Source of the DNA: Nemertoderma westbladi
Taxonomy: Eukaryota > Animalia > Xenacoelomorpha
DNA: 64,000 nucleotides
Direction of reading: 5' to 3'
Assembly: GCA_032718475.1 (NCBI GenBank)
Contig: JAUCBJ010008230.1
Location: 1 to 64,000 of the forward strand
Positions within the stretch are counted from its first letter, which is position 1, and each line of letters opens with the position of its first letter. Below are positions 37,501-49,825 of the stretch, in pieces. The notes beneath the pieces are model-generated. The model had not been told where the DNA came from and made no database searches. It was given only the letters and a program-made list of their open reading frames with translations. Made by a program: the position numbers and the translations under genes.

Positions 37501-40500
37501 TTAAAGCCATGTCAAAATCCTTGGGGTTTTTCAGCAATAATTTATCAAAATATCCTCTGATTTTTTTTCAAAAACCACATAGATTTTCATATTTATAACT
37601 TCTAACCCACTCCACGAGATAGAGAATCTTAAACGAAAGTCATAAGAACAGGTAACACTTTCATTTAGAAGTAATCAGCTGTTCTTTGCTTCGTCTTTCC
37701 CCTGGAGATGGATGAATTTTGATTGCGTCGGAACACCCCCTTTTTGAGGCTCTCAGAGTGAAGAGATAAGTAGCCTATCTCCCTGTTAATATTATTGTGT
37801 TCTAGAATATTTATTATAGTTTCATCGTATTGCCAAAGCGGCTGGAGCCGAAGTTAATATGTGATACAATAATTCACCTCAAATTTCTCAGCTATTTCAT
37901 GAATATAATGAGTATTAAAGCCATGTCAAAATCCTTGGGGTTTTTCAGCAATTATTTATCAAAGTATCCTCACTTTTTTTTACAAAAAACGACACCGATT
38001 TTCATATTCATGACTTCTAACCCACTCCAAGAGATAGACAATCTTAAATGAAAGTCAAAAGAGCAGGTAACACTTACATTTATAGAAGTAATCAGCTGTT
38101 CTTTGCTTCGTCTTTCCCCTGGAGATGGAGGAATTTGATTGCGTCGGAACACCCCCTTTTTGAGGCTCTCAGAGTGAAGAGATAATTAGCCTATCTCCCT
38201 GTTAATATTGTTGTGTTCTAGAATATTTATTATAGTTTCATCGTATTGCCAAAGCGGCTGGAGCCGAAGTTAATATGTAATGCAATAATTCACCTCAAAT
38301 TTCTCAGCTAATTCATGAATATAATGAGTATTAAAGCCATGTCAAAATCCTTGGGGTTTTTCAGCAATAATTTATCAAAATATCCTCTGATTTTTTTTCA
38401 AAAACCACATAGATTTTCATATTTATAACTTCTAACCCACTCCACGAGATAGAGAATCTTAAACGAAAGTCATAAGAACAGGTAACACTTTCATTTAGAA
38501 GTAATCAGCTGTTCTTTGCTTCGTCTTTCCCCTGGAGATGGATGAATTTTGATTGCGTCGGAACACCCCCTTTTTGAGGCTCTCAGAGTGAAGAGATAAG
38601 TAGCCTATCTCCCTGTTAATATTCTTGTGTTCTAGAATATTTATTATAGTTTCATCGTATTGCCAAAGCGGCTGGAGCCGAAGTTAATATGTAATGCAAT
38701 AATTCACCTCAAATTTCTCAGCTAATTCATGAATATAATGAGTATTAAATCCTTGTCAAAATCCTTGGTGTTTTTCAGCAATAATTTATTAAAATCTCCT
38801 CTGATTTTTTTCAAAAACCACATCGATTTTCATATTTATAACTTCTAACCCAATCCACGAGATAGAGAATCTTAAACGAAATTCATAAGAACAGGTAACA
38901 CTTTCATTTATAGAAGTAATCAGCTGTTATTTGCTTCGTCTTTCCACAGGAGATGGATGAAATTTGATTGCGTCGGAACACCCCCTTTTTGAGGCTCTCA
39001 GAGTGAAGAGATAAGTAGCCTATCTCCCTGTTAATATTCTTGTGTTCTAGAATAATTATTATAGTTTCATCGTATTGCCAAAGCGGCTGGAGCCGAAGTT
39101 AATATGTGATACAATAATTCACCTCAAATTTCTCAGCTATTTCATGGATATAATGAGTATTAAAGCCATGTCAAAATCCTTGGGGTTTTTCAGCAATAAT
39201 TTATCAAAATATCCTCTGATTTTTTTCAAAAACCACATCGATTTTCATATTTATAACTTCTAACCCAATCCACGAGATAGAGAATCTTAAACGAAATTCA
39301 TAAGAACAGGTAACACTTTTATTTATAGAAGTAATCAGCTGTTATTTGCTTCGTCTTTCCACAGGAGATGGATGAAATTTGATTGCGTCGGAACACCCCC
39401 TTTTTGAGGCTCTCAGAGTGAAGAGATAAGTAGCCTATCTCCCTGTTAATATTCTTGTGTTCTAGAATAATTATTATAGTTTCATCGTATTGCCAAAGCG
39501 GCTGGAGCCGAAGTTAATATGTGATACAATAATTCACCTCAAATTTCTCAGCTATTTCATGGATATAATGAGTATTAAAGCCATGTCAAAATCCTTGGGG
39601 TTTTTCAGCAATAATTTATCAAAATATCCTCTGATTTTTTTCAAAAACCATATCGATTTTCATATTTATAACTTCTATCCCACTCCACGAGATAGAGAAT
39701 CTTAAATGAACGTCAAAAGAACAGGTAACACTTTCATTTATAGAAGTAATCAGCTGTTATTTGCTTCGTCTTTCCACAGGAGATGGATGAAATTTGATTG
39801 CGTCGGAACACCCCCTTTTTGAGGCTCTCAGATTGAAGAGATAAGTAGCCTATCTCCCTGTTAATATTGTTGTGTTCTAGAATATTTATTATAGTTTCAT
39901 CGTATTGCCAAAGCGGCTGGAGCCGAAGTTAATATGTAATGCAATAATTCACCTCAAATATCTCAGCTAGTTCATGAATATAATAGTATTAAATCCTTGT
40001 CAAAATCCTTGGTGTTTTTCAGCGATAATTTATTAAAATCTCCTCTGATTTTTTACAAAAAACGACCTCGATTTTCATATTCATGACTTCTAACCCACTC
40101 CAAGAGATAGACAATCTTAAATGAAAGTCAAAAGAGCAGGTAATACTTACATTTATAGAAGTAATCAGCTGTTCTTTGCTTCGTCTTTCCCCTGGAGATG
40201 GATGTTATTTTATTGCGTCGGAACACCCCCTTTTTGAGGCTCTCAGATTGAAGAGATAAGTAGCCTATCTCCCTGTTAATATTGTTGTGTTCTAAAATAT
40301 TTATTATAGTTTCATCGTATTTCCAAAGCGGCTGGAGCCGAAGTTAATATGTAATGCAATAATTCACCACAAATATCTCTTCTAGTTCATGAATATAATA
40401 GTATTAAATCCTTGTCAAAATCCTTGGTGTTTTTCAGCAATAATTTATTAAAATCTCCTCTGATTTTTTACAAAAAACGACGTCGATTTTCATATTCATG

Positions 40501-43500
40501 ACTTCTAACCCACTCCAAGAGATAGACAATCTTAAATGAAAGTCAAAAGAGCAGGTAACCCTTACATTTATAGAAGTAATCAGCTGTTCTTTGCTTCGTC
40601 TTTCCCCTTGAGATGGTTAAATTTTGATTGCGTCGGAACACCCCCTTTTTGAGGCTCTCAGAGTGAAGAGATAAGTAGCCTATCTCCCTGTTAATATTGT
40701 TGTGTTCTAGAATAATTATTATAGTTTCATCGTATTGCCAAAGCGGCTGGAGCCGAAGTTAATATGTGATACAATAATTCACCTCAAATTTCTCAGCTAT
40801 TTCATGGATATAATGAGTATTAAAGCCATGTCAAAATCCTTGGGGTTTTTCAGCAATAATTTATCAAAATATCCTCTGATTTTTTTCAAAAACCACATCG
40901 ATTTTCATATTTATAACTTCTAACCCAATCCACGAGATAGAGAATCTTAAACGAAAGTCATAAGAGCAGGTAACACTTTCATTTATAGAAGTAATCATCT
41001 GTTATTTGCTTCGTCTTTCCACAGGAGATGGATGAAATTTGATTGCGTCGGAACGCCCCCTTTTTGAGGCTCTCAGAGTGAAGAGATAAGTAGCCTATCT
41101 CCCTGTTAATATTGTTGTGTTCTAGAATAATTATCATAGTTTCATCGTATTGCCAAAGCGGCTGGAGCCGAAGTTAATACGTGATACAATAATTCACCTC
41201 AAATTTCTCAGCAATTTCATGGATATAATGAGTATTAAAGCCATGTCAAAATCCTTGGGGTTTTTCAGCAATAATTTATCAAAATATCCTCTGATTTTTT
41301 TCAAAAACCACATCGATTTTCATATTTATAACTTCTAACCCAATCCACGAGATAGAGAATCTTAAACGAAAGTCATAAGAACGGGTAACACTTTCATTTA
41401 TAGAAGTAATCAGCTGTTATTTGCTTCGTCTTTCCACAGGAGATGGATGAAATTTGATTGCGTCGGAACACCTCCTTTTTGAGGCTCTCAGAGTGAAGAG
41501 ATAAGTAGCCTATCTCCCTGTTAATATTCTTGTGTTCTAGAATAATTATTATAGTTTCATCGTATTGCCAAAGCGGCTGGAGCCGAAGTTAATATGTGAT
41601 ACAATAATTCACCTCAAATATCTCAGCTAGTTCATGAATATAATGAGTATTAAATCCTTGTCAAAATCCTTGGTGTTTTTCAGCAAAAATTTATTAAAAT
41701 CTCCTCTGATTTTTTACAAAAAACGACCTCGATTTTCATATTCATGACTTCTAACCCACTCCAAGAGATAGACAATCTTAAATGAAAGTCAAAAGAGCAG
41801 GTAACACTTACATTTGTAGAAGTAATCAGCTGTTCTTTGCTTCGTCTTTCCCCTGGAGATGGATGTTATTTTATTGCGTCGAAACACCCCCTTTTTGAGG
41901 CTCTCAGATTGAAGAGATAAGTAGCCTATCTCCCTGTTAATATTGTTGTGTTCTAGAATATTTATTATAGTTTCATCGTATTGCCAAAGCGGCTGGAGCC
42001 GAAGTTAATATGTGATACAATAATTCACCTCAAATTTCTCAGCTATTTCATGGATATAATGAGTATTAAAGCCATGTCAAAATCCTTGGGGTTTTTCAGC
42101 GATAATTTATCAAAATATCCTCTGATTTTTTTCAAAAACCACATCGATTTTCATATTTATAACTTCTAACCCAATCCACGAGATAGAGAATCTTAAACGA
42201 AAGTCATAAGAACAGGTAACACTTTCATTTATAGAAGTAATCATCTGTTATTTGCTTCGTCTTTCCACAGGAGATGGATGAAATTTGATTGCGTCGGAAC
42301 ACCCCCTTTTTGAGGCTCTCAGAGTGAAGAGATAAGTAGCCTATCTCCCTGTTAATATTGTTGTGTTCTAGAATAATTATTATAGTTTCATCGTATTGCC
42401 AAAGCGGCTGGAGCCAAAGTTAATATGTGATACAATAATTCACCTCAAATTTCTCAGCTATTTCATGGATATAATGAGTATTAAAGCCATGTCAAAATCC
42501 TTGGGGTTTTTCAGCAATTATTTATCAAAGTATCCTCACTTTTTTTACAAAAAACGACACCGATTTTCATATTCATGACTTCTAACCCACTCCAAGAGAT
42601 AGACAATCTTAAATGAAAGTCAAAAGAGCAGGTAACACTTACATTTATAGAAGTAATCAGCTGTTCTTTGCTTCGTCTTTCCCCTGGAGATGGAGGAATT
42701 TGATTGCGTCGGAACACCCCCTTTTTGAGGCTCTCAGAGTGAAGAGATAATTAGCCTATCTCCCTGTTAATATTATTGTGTTCTAGAATATTTATTATAG
42801 TTTCATCGTATTGCCAAAGCGGCTGGAGCCGAAGTTAATATGTGATACAATAATTCACCTCAAATTTCTCAGCTATTTCATGAATATAATGAGTATTAAA
42901 GCCATGTCAAAATCCTTGGGGTTTTTCAGCAATTATTTATCAAAGTATCCTCACTTTTTTTACAAAAAACGACACCGATTTTCATATTCATGACTTCTAA
43001 CCCACTCCAAGAGATAGACAATCTTAAATGAAAGTCAAAAGAGCAGGTAACACTTACATTTATAGAAGTAATCAGCTGTTCATTGCTTCGTCTTTCCCCT
43101 GGAGATGGAGGAATTTGATTGCGTCGGAACACCCCCTTTTTGAGGCTCTCAGAGTGAAGAGATAATTAGCCTATCTCCCTGTTAATATTGTTGTGTTCTA
43201 GAATATTTATTATAGTTTCATCGTATTGCCAAAGCGGCTGGAGCCGAAGTTAATATGTAATGCAATAATTCACCTCAAATTTCTCAGCTAATTCATGAAT
43301 ATAATGAGTATTAAATCCTTGTCAAAATCCTTGGTGTTTTTCAGCAATAATTTATTAAAATCTCCTCTGATTTTTTTCAAAAACGACATCGATTTTCATA
43401 TTTATAACTTCTAACCCAATCCACGAGATAGAGAATCTTAATCGAAATTCATAAGAACAGGTAACACTTTCATTTATAGAAGTAATCAGCTGTTATTTGC

Positions 43501-46500
43501 TTCGTCTTTCCACAGGAGATGGATGAAATTTGATTGCGTCGGAACACCCCCTTTTTGAGGCTCTCAGAGTGAAGAGATAAGTAGCCTATCTCCCTGTTAA
43601 TATTCTTGTGTTCTAGAATAATTATTATAGTTTCATCGTATTGCCAAAGCGGCTGGAGCCGAAGTTAATATGTGATACAATAATTCACCTCAAATTTCTC
43701 AGCTATTTCATGGATATAATGAGTATTAAAGCCATGTCAAAATCCTTGGGGTTTTTCAGCAATAATTTATCAAAATATCCTCTGATTTTTTTCAAAAACC
43801 ACATCGATTTTCATATTTATAACTTCTAACCCAATCCACGAGATAGAGAATCTTAAACGAAATTCATAAGAACAGGTAACACTTTCATTTATAGAAGTAA
43901 TCAGCTGTTATTTGCTTCGTCTTTCCACAGGAGATGGATGAAATTTGATTGCGTCGGAACACCCCCTTTTTGAGGCTCTCAGAGTGAAGAGATAAGTAGC
44001 CTATCTCCCTGTTAATATTCTTGTGTTCTAGAATATTTATTATTGTTTCATCGTATTGCTAAAGTGGCTGGATCTAAAGTTATTATGTAATGCAATAATT
44101 CACCTCAAATATCTCAGCTATTTTATGAACATAATGAAGTATTAAAGCCATGTCAAAATCACTGGTGTTTTTCTGCAATAATTTATCAAAATATCGTCTG
44201 ATTTTTTTCAAAAACCATATCGATTTTCATATTTATAACTTCTATCCCACTCCACGAGATAGAGAATCTTAAATGAACGTCAAAAGAACAGGTAACACTT
44301 TCATTTATAGAAGTAATCAGCTGTTATTTGCTTCGTCTTTCCACAGGAGATGGATGAAATTTGATTGCGTCGGAACACCCCCTTTTTGAGGCTCTCAGAT
44401 TGAAGAGATAAGTAGCCTATCTCCCTGTTAATATTGTTGTGTTCTAGAATATTTATTATAGTTTCATCGTATTGCCAAAGCGGCTGGAGCCGAAGTTAAT
44501 ATGTAATGCAATAATTCACCTCAAATATCTCAGCTAGTTCATGAATATAATAGTATTAAATCCTTGTCAAAATCCTTGGTGTTTTTCAGCAATAATTAAT
44601 TAAAATCTCCTCTGATTTTTTACAAAAAACGACCTCGATTTTCATATTCATGACTTCTAACCCACTCCAAGAGATAGACAATCTTAAATGAAAGTCAAAA
44701 GAGCAGGTAACACTTACATTTATAGAAGTAATCAGCTGTTCTTTGCTTCGTCTTTCCCCTGGAGATGGATGTTATTTTATTGCGTCGGAACACCCCCTTT
44801 TTGAGGCTCTCAGATTGAAGAGATAAGTAGCCTATCTCCCTGTTAATATTGTTGTGTTCTAAAATATTTATTATAGTTTCATCGTATTTCCAAAGCGGCT
44901 GGAGCCGAAGTTAATATGTAATGCAATAATTCACCACAAATATCTCAGCTAGTTCATGAATATAATAGTATTAAATCCTTGTCAAAATCCTTGGTGTTTT
45001 TCAGCAATAATTTATTAAAATCTCCTCTGATTTTTTACAAAAAACGACGTCGATTTTCATATTCATGACTTCTAACCCACTCCAAGAGATAGACAATCTT
45101 AAATGAAAGTCAAAAGAGCAGGTAACCCTTACATTTATAGAAATAATCAGCTGTTCTTTGCTTCGTCTTTCCCCAGGAGATGGATGAATTTTGATTGCAT
45201 CGGAACACCCCCTTTTTGAGGCTCTCAGAGTGAAGAGATAAGTAGCCTATCTCCCTGTTAATATTGTTGTGTTCTAGAATAATTATTATAGTTTCATCGT
45301 ATTGCCAAAGCGGCTGGAGCCGAAGTTAATATGTGATACAATAATTCACCTCAAATTTCTCAGCTATTTCATGGATATAATGAGTATTAAAGCCATGTCA
45401 AAATCCTTGGGGTTTTTCAGCAATAATTTATCAAAATATCCTCTGATTTTTTTCAAAAACCACATCGATTTTCATATTTATAACTTCTAACCCAATCCAC
45501 GAGATAGAGAATCTTAAACGAAAGTCATAAGAGCAGGTAACACTTTCATTTATAGAAGTAATCATCTGTTATTTGCTTCGTCTTTCCACAGGAGATGGAT
45601 GAAATTTGATTGCGTCGGAACGCCCCCTTTTTGAGGCTCTCAGAGTGAAGAGATAAGTAGCCTATCTCCCTGTTAATATTGTTGTGTTCTAGAATAATTA
45701 TCATAGTTTCATCGTATTGCCAAAGCGGCTGGAGCCGAAGTTAATACGTGATACAATAATTCACCTCAAATTTCTCAGCTATTTCATGGATATAATGAGT
45801 ATTAAAGCCATGTCAAAATCCTTGGGGTTTTTCAGCAATAATTTATCAAAATATCCTCTGATTTTTTTCAAAAACCACATCGATTTTCATATTTATAACT
45901 TCTAACCCAATCCACGAGATAGAGAATCTTAAACGAAAGTCATAAGAACGGGTAACACTTTCATTTATAGAAGTAATCAGCTGTTATTTGCTTCGTCTTT
46001 CCACAGGAGATGGATGAAATTTGATTGCGTCGGAACACCTCCTTTTTGAGGCTCTCAGAGTGAAGAGATAAGTAGCCTATCTCCCTGTTAATATTCTTGT
46101 GTTCTAGAATAATTATTATAGTTTCATCGTATTGCCAAAGCGGCTGGAGCCGAAGTTAATATGTGATACAATAATTCACCTCAAATATCTCAGCTAGTTC
46201 ATGAATATAATGAGTATTAAATCCTTGTCAAAATCCTTGGTGTTTTTCAGCAAAAATTTATTAAAATCTCCTCTGATTTTTTACAAAAAACGACCTCGAT
46301 TTTCATATTCATGACTTCTAACCCACTCCAAGAGATAGACAATCTTAAATGAAAGTCAAAAGAGCAGGTAACACTTACATTTATAGAAGTAATCAGCTGT
46401 TCTTTGCTTCGTCTTTCCCCTGGAGATGGATGTTATTTTATTGCGTCGAAACACCCCCTTTTTGAGGCTCTCAGATTGAAGAGATAAGTAGCCTATCTCC

Positions 46501-49295
46501 CTGTTAATATTGTTGTGTTCTAGAATATTTATTATAGTTTCATCGTATTGCCAAAGCGGCTGGAGCCGAAGTTAATATGTGATACAATAATTCACCTCAA
46601 ATTTCTCAGCTATTTCATGGATATAATGAGTATTAAAGCCATGTCAAAATCCTTGGGGTTTTTCAGCGATAATTTATCAAAATATCCTCTGATTTTTTTC
46701 AAAAACCACATCGATTTTCATATTTATAACTTCTAACCCAATCCACGAGATAGAGAATCTTAAACGAAAGTCATAAGAACAGGTAACACTTTCATTTATA
46801 GAAGTAATCATCTGTTATTTGCTTCGTCTTTCCACAGGAGATGGATGAAATTTGATTGCGTCGGAACACCCCCTTTTTGAGGCTCTCAGAGTGAAGAGAT
46901 AAGTAGCCTATCTCCCTGTTAATATTGTTGTGTTCTAGAATAATTATTATAGTTTCATCGTATTGCCAAAGCGGCTGGAGCCAAAGTTAATATGTGATAC
47001 AATAATTCACCTCAAATTTCTCAGCTATTTCATGGATATAATGAGTATTAAAGCCATGTCAAAATCCTTGGGGTTTTTCAGCAATAATTTATCAAAATAT
47101 CCTCTGATTTTTTTCAAAAACCACATCGATTTTCATATTTATAACTTCTAACCCAATCCACGAGATAGAGAATCTTAAACGAAAGTCATAAGAACAGGTA
47201 ACACTTTCATTTATAGAAGTATTCAGCTGTTCTTTGCTTCGTCTTTCCCCCTGGAGATGGATGAATTTTGATTGCGTCGGAACACCCCCTTTTTGAGGCT
47301 CTCAGAGTGAAGAGATAAGTAGCCTATCTCCCTGTTAATATTGTTGTGTTCTAGAATAATTATTATAGTTTCATTGTATTGCCAAAGCGGCTGGAGCCGA
47401 AGTTAATATGTGATACAATAATTCACCTCAAATTTCTCAGCTATTTCATGGATATAATGAGTATTAAAGCCATGTCAAAATCCTTGGGGTTTTTCAGCAA
47501 TAATTTAACAAAATATCCTCTGATTTTTTTCAAAAACCACATCGATTTTCATATTTATAACTTCTAACCCAATCCACGAGATAGAGAATCTTAAACGAAA
47601 GTCATAAGAACAGGTAACACTTTCATTTATAGAAGTAATCAGCTGTTATTTGCTTCGTCTTTCCACAGGAGATGGATGAAATTTGATTGCGTCGGAACAC
47701 CCCCTTTTTGAGGCTCTCAGAGTGAAGAGATAAGTAGTCTATCTTCCTGTTAATATTGTTGTGTTCTAGAATAATTATTATAGTTTCATCGTATTGCCAA
47801 AGCGGCTGGAGCCGAAGTTAATATGTGATACAATAATTCACCTCAAATTTCTCAGCTATTTCATGAATGTATTGAGTATTAAAGCCATGTCAAAATCCTT
47901 GGGGTTTTTCAGCAATAATTTATCAAAATATCCTCTGATTTTTTTTCAAAAACCACATAGATTTTCATATTTATAACTTCTAACCCACTCCACGAGATAG
48001 AGAATCTTAAACGAAAGTCATAAGAACAGGTAACACTTTCATTTAGAAGTAATCAGCTGTTCTTTGCTTCGTCTTTCCCCTGGAGATGGATGAATTTTGA
48101 TTGCGTCGGAACACCCCCTTTTTGAGGCTCTCAGAGTGAAGAGATAAGTAGCCTATCTCCCTGTTAATATTATTGTGTTCTAGAATATTTATTATAGTTT
48201 CATCGTATTGCCAAAGCGGCTGGAGCCGAAGTTAATATGTGATACAATAATTCACCTCAAATTTCTCAGCTATTTCATGGATATAATGAGTATTAAAGCC
48301 ATGTCAAAATCCTTGGGGTTTTTCAGCGATAATTTATCAAAATATCCTCTGATTTTTTTCAAAAACCACATCGATTTTCATATTTATAACTTCTAACCCA
48401 ATCCACGAGATAGAGAATCTTAAACGAAAGTCATAAGAACAGGTAACACTTTCATTTATAGAAGTAATCATCTGTTATTTGCTTCGTCTTTCCACAGGAG
48501 ATGGATGAAATTTGATTGCGTCGGAACACCCCCTTTTTGAGGCTCTCAGAGTGAAGAGATAAGTAGCCTATCTCCCTGTTAATATTGTTGTGTTCTAGAA
48601 TAATTATTATAGTTTCATCGTATTGCCAAAGCGGCTGGAGCCAAAGTTAATATGTGATACAATAATTCACCTCAAATTTCTCAGCTATTTCATGGATATA
48701 ATGAGTATTAAAGCCATGTCAAAATCCTTGGGGTTTTTCAGCAATAATTTATCAAAATATCCTCTGATTTTTTTCAAAAACCACATCGATTTTCATATTT
48801 ATAACTTCTAACCCAATCCACGAGATAGAGAATCTTAAACGAAAGTCATAAGAACAGGTAACACTTTCATTTATAGAAGTATTCAGCTGTTCTTTGCTTC
48901 GTCTTTCCCCTGGAGATGGATGAATTTTGATTGCGTCGGAACACCCCCTTTTTGAGGCTCTCAGAGTGAAGAGATAAGTAGCCTATCTCCCTGTTAATAT
49001 TGTTGTGTTCTAGAATAATTATTATAGTTTCATCGTATTGCCAAAGCGGCTGGAGCCGAAGTTAATATGTGATACAATAATTCACCTCAAATTTCTCAGC
49101 TATTTCATGGATATAATGAGTATTAAAGCCATGTCAAAATCCTTGGGGTTTTTCAGCAATAATTTAACAAAATATCCTCTGATTTTTTTCAAAAACCACA
49201 TCGATTTTCATATTTATAACTTCTAACCCAATCCACGAGATAGAGAATCTTAAACGAAAGTCATAAGAACAGGTAACACTTTCATTTATAGAAGT

Positions 49296-49780
49296 TGTTA
49301 CGGTATATGGCGCTGTATCCACATTATTAGTCGTTATACTGTATGCAGTATTAGTCCATTATGCAGTATGCAATATTAGTCCGTTATACTGTACGTAATA
49401 TTAGTCCGTTGTGCAGTATAATTATTTAGATAAGGCACAGTGTGGTGACATTTAGGTAAGGAAGTTAAAACGCCCATATATTTTGCATCCATTCATTTGT
49501 ATAGTATGTAGCCCTACCTACGTAATTTTGTATTAGGATATATGTAGATAGTTCCAGGGTAGCGAGTTTATTCGGACCCTGGATTTTGTGCTTGCTGATA
49601 TTAGTTTGATAGGGCTAGCATATAGGGACGCCGTCCTGGCCATTCAGCAGCCAGAGACGTGAACCATTACCATATATGGTAATAATTTGAGCAATAGGGC
49701 TACAATCCGGCCTCCTTATTGGATTAACTGCTTCCAGGTTGGTCTAATGCTAGCATGGACTGGAGAGCCAATAGGAGAGC
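49296..49780 (+). repeat. 5' LTR (minimum extent; true end unresolved, candidates 50170, 51032, 51400)
   Basis: Starts with TG; matches 63516-64000 with no difference seen. Confidence 0.95.
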
Positions 49781-49825
49781 GATTGAGTCACCCTATTGCA
49801 TCATCCCACCCGGATCACCTATAAA
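49768..49825 (+). promoter_or_regulatory. Putative LTR Pol II promoter: CCAAT (49768), AP-1-like TGAGTCA (49784), TATAAA (49820)
   Basis: Motifs in canonical order ~500 bp into the LTR, followed by a T-rich R/U5-like tract. Confidence 0.55.

Larger units (their letters stand above)
9245..49295. repeat. Satellite DNA array, ~415-bp monomer (414-416), ~91 copies head-to-tail, two subtypes, higher-order structure
   Basis: Landmark GCCAAAGCGGCTGGAGCC recurs every ~415 bp (spurious ORF starts 10358, 10773, 11188, 11603...); interrupted only by two LINE fragments. Confidence 0.99.

Noticed and set aside
9529-49226. Dozens of 60-84 aa ORFs (MPKRLEPK..., MFRRNQ...) in the array
   Set aside because: Non-ATG starts, a 415-bp unit not divisible by 3, frequent stops and indels among monomers, and no protein motif: satellite artefacts.
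9245-49295. CRISPR-like array or tandem 5S/SL/snRNA genes
   Set aside because: No unique spacers and a eukaryotic context; no recognisable 5S, snRNA or Sm-site/SL sequence in the monomer by eye (an Rfam scan would be definitive).
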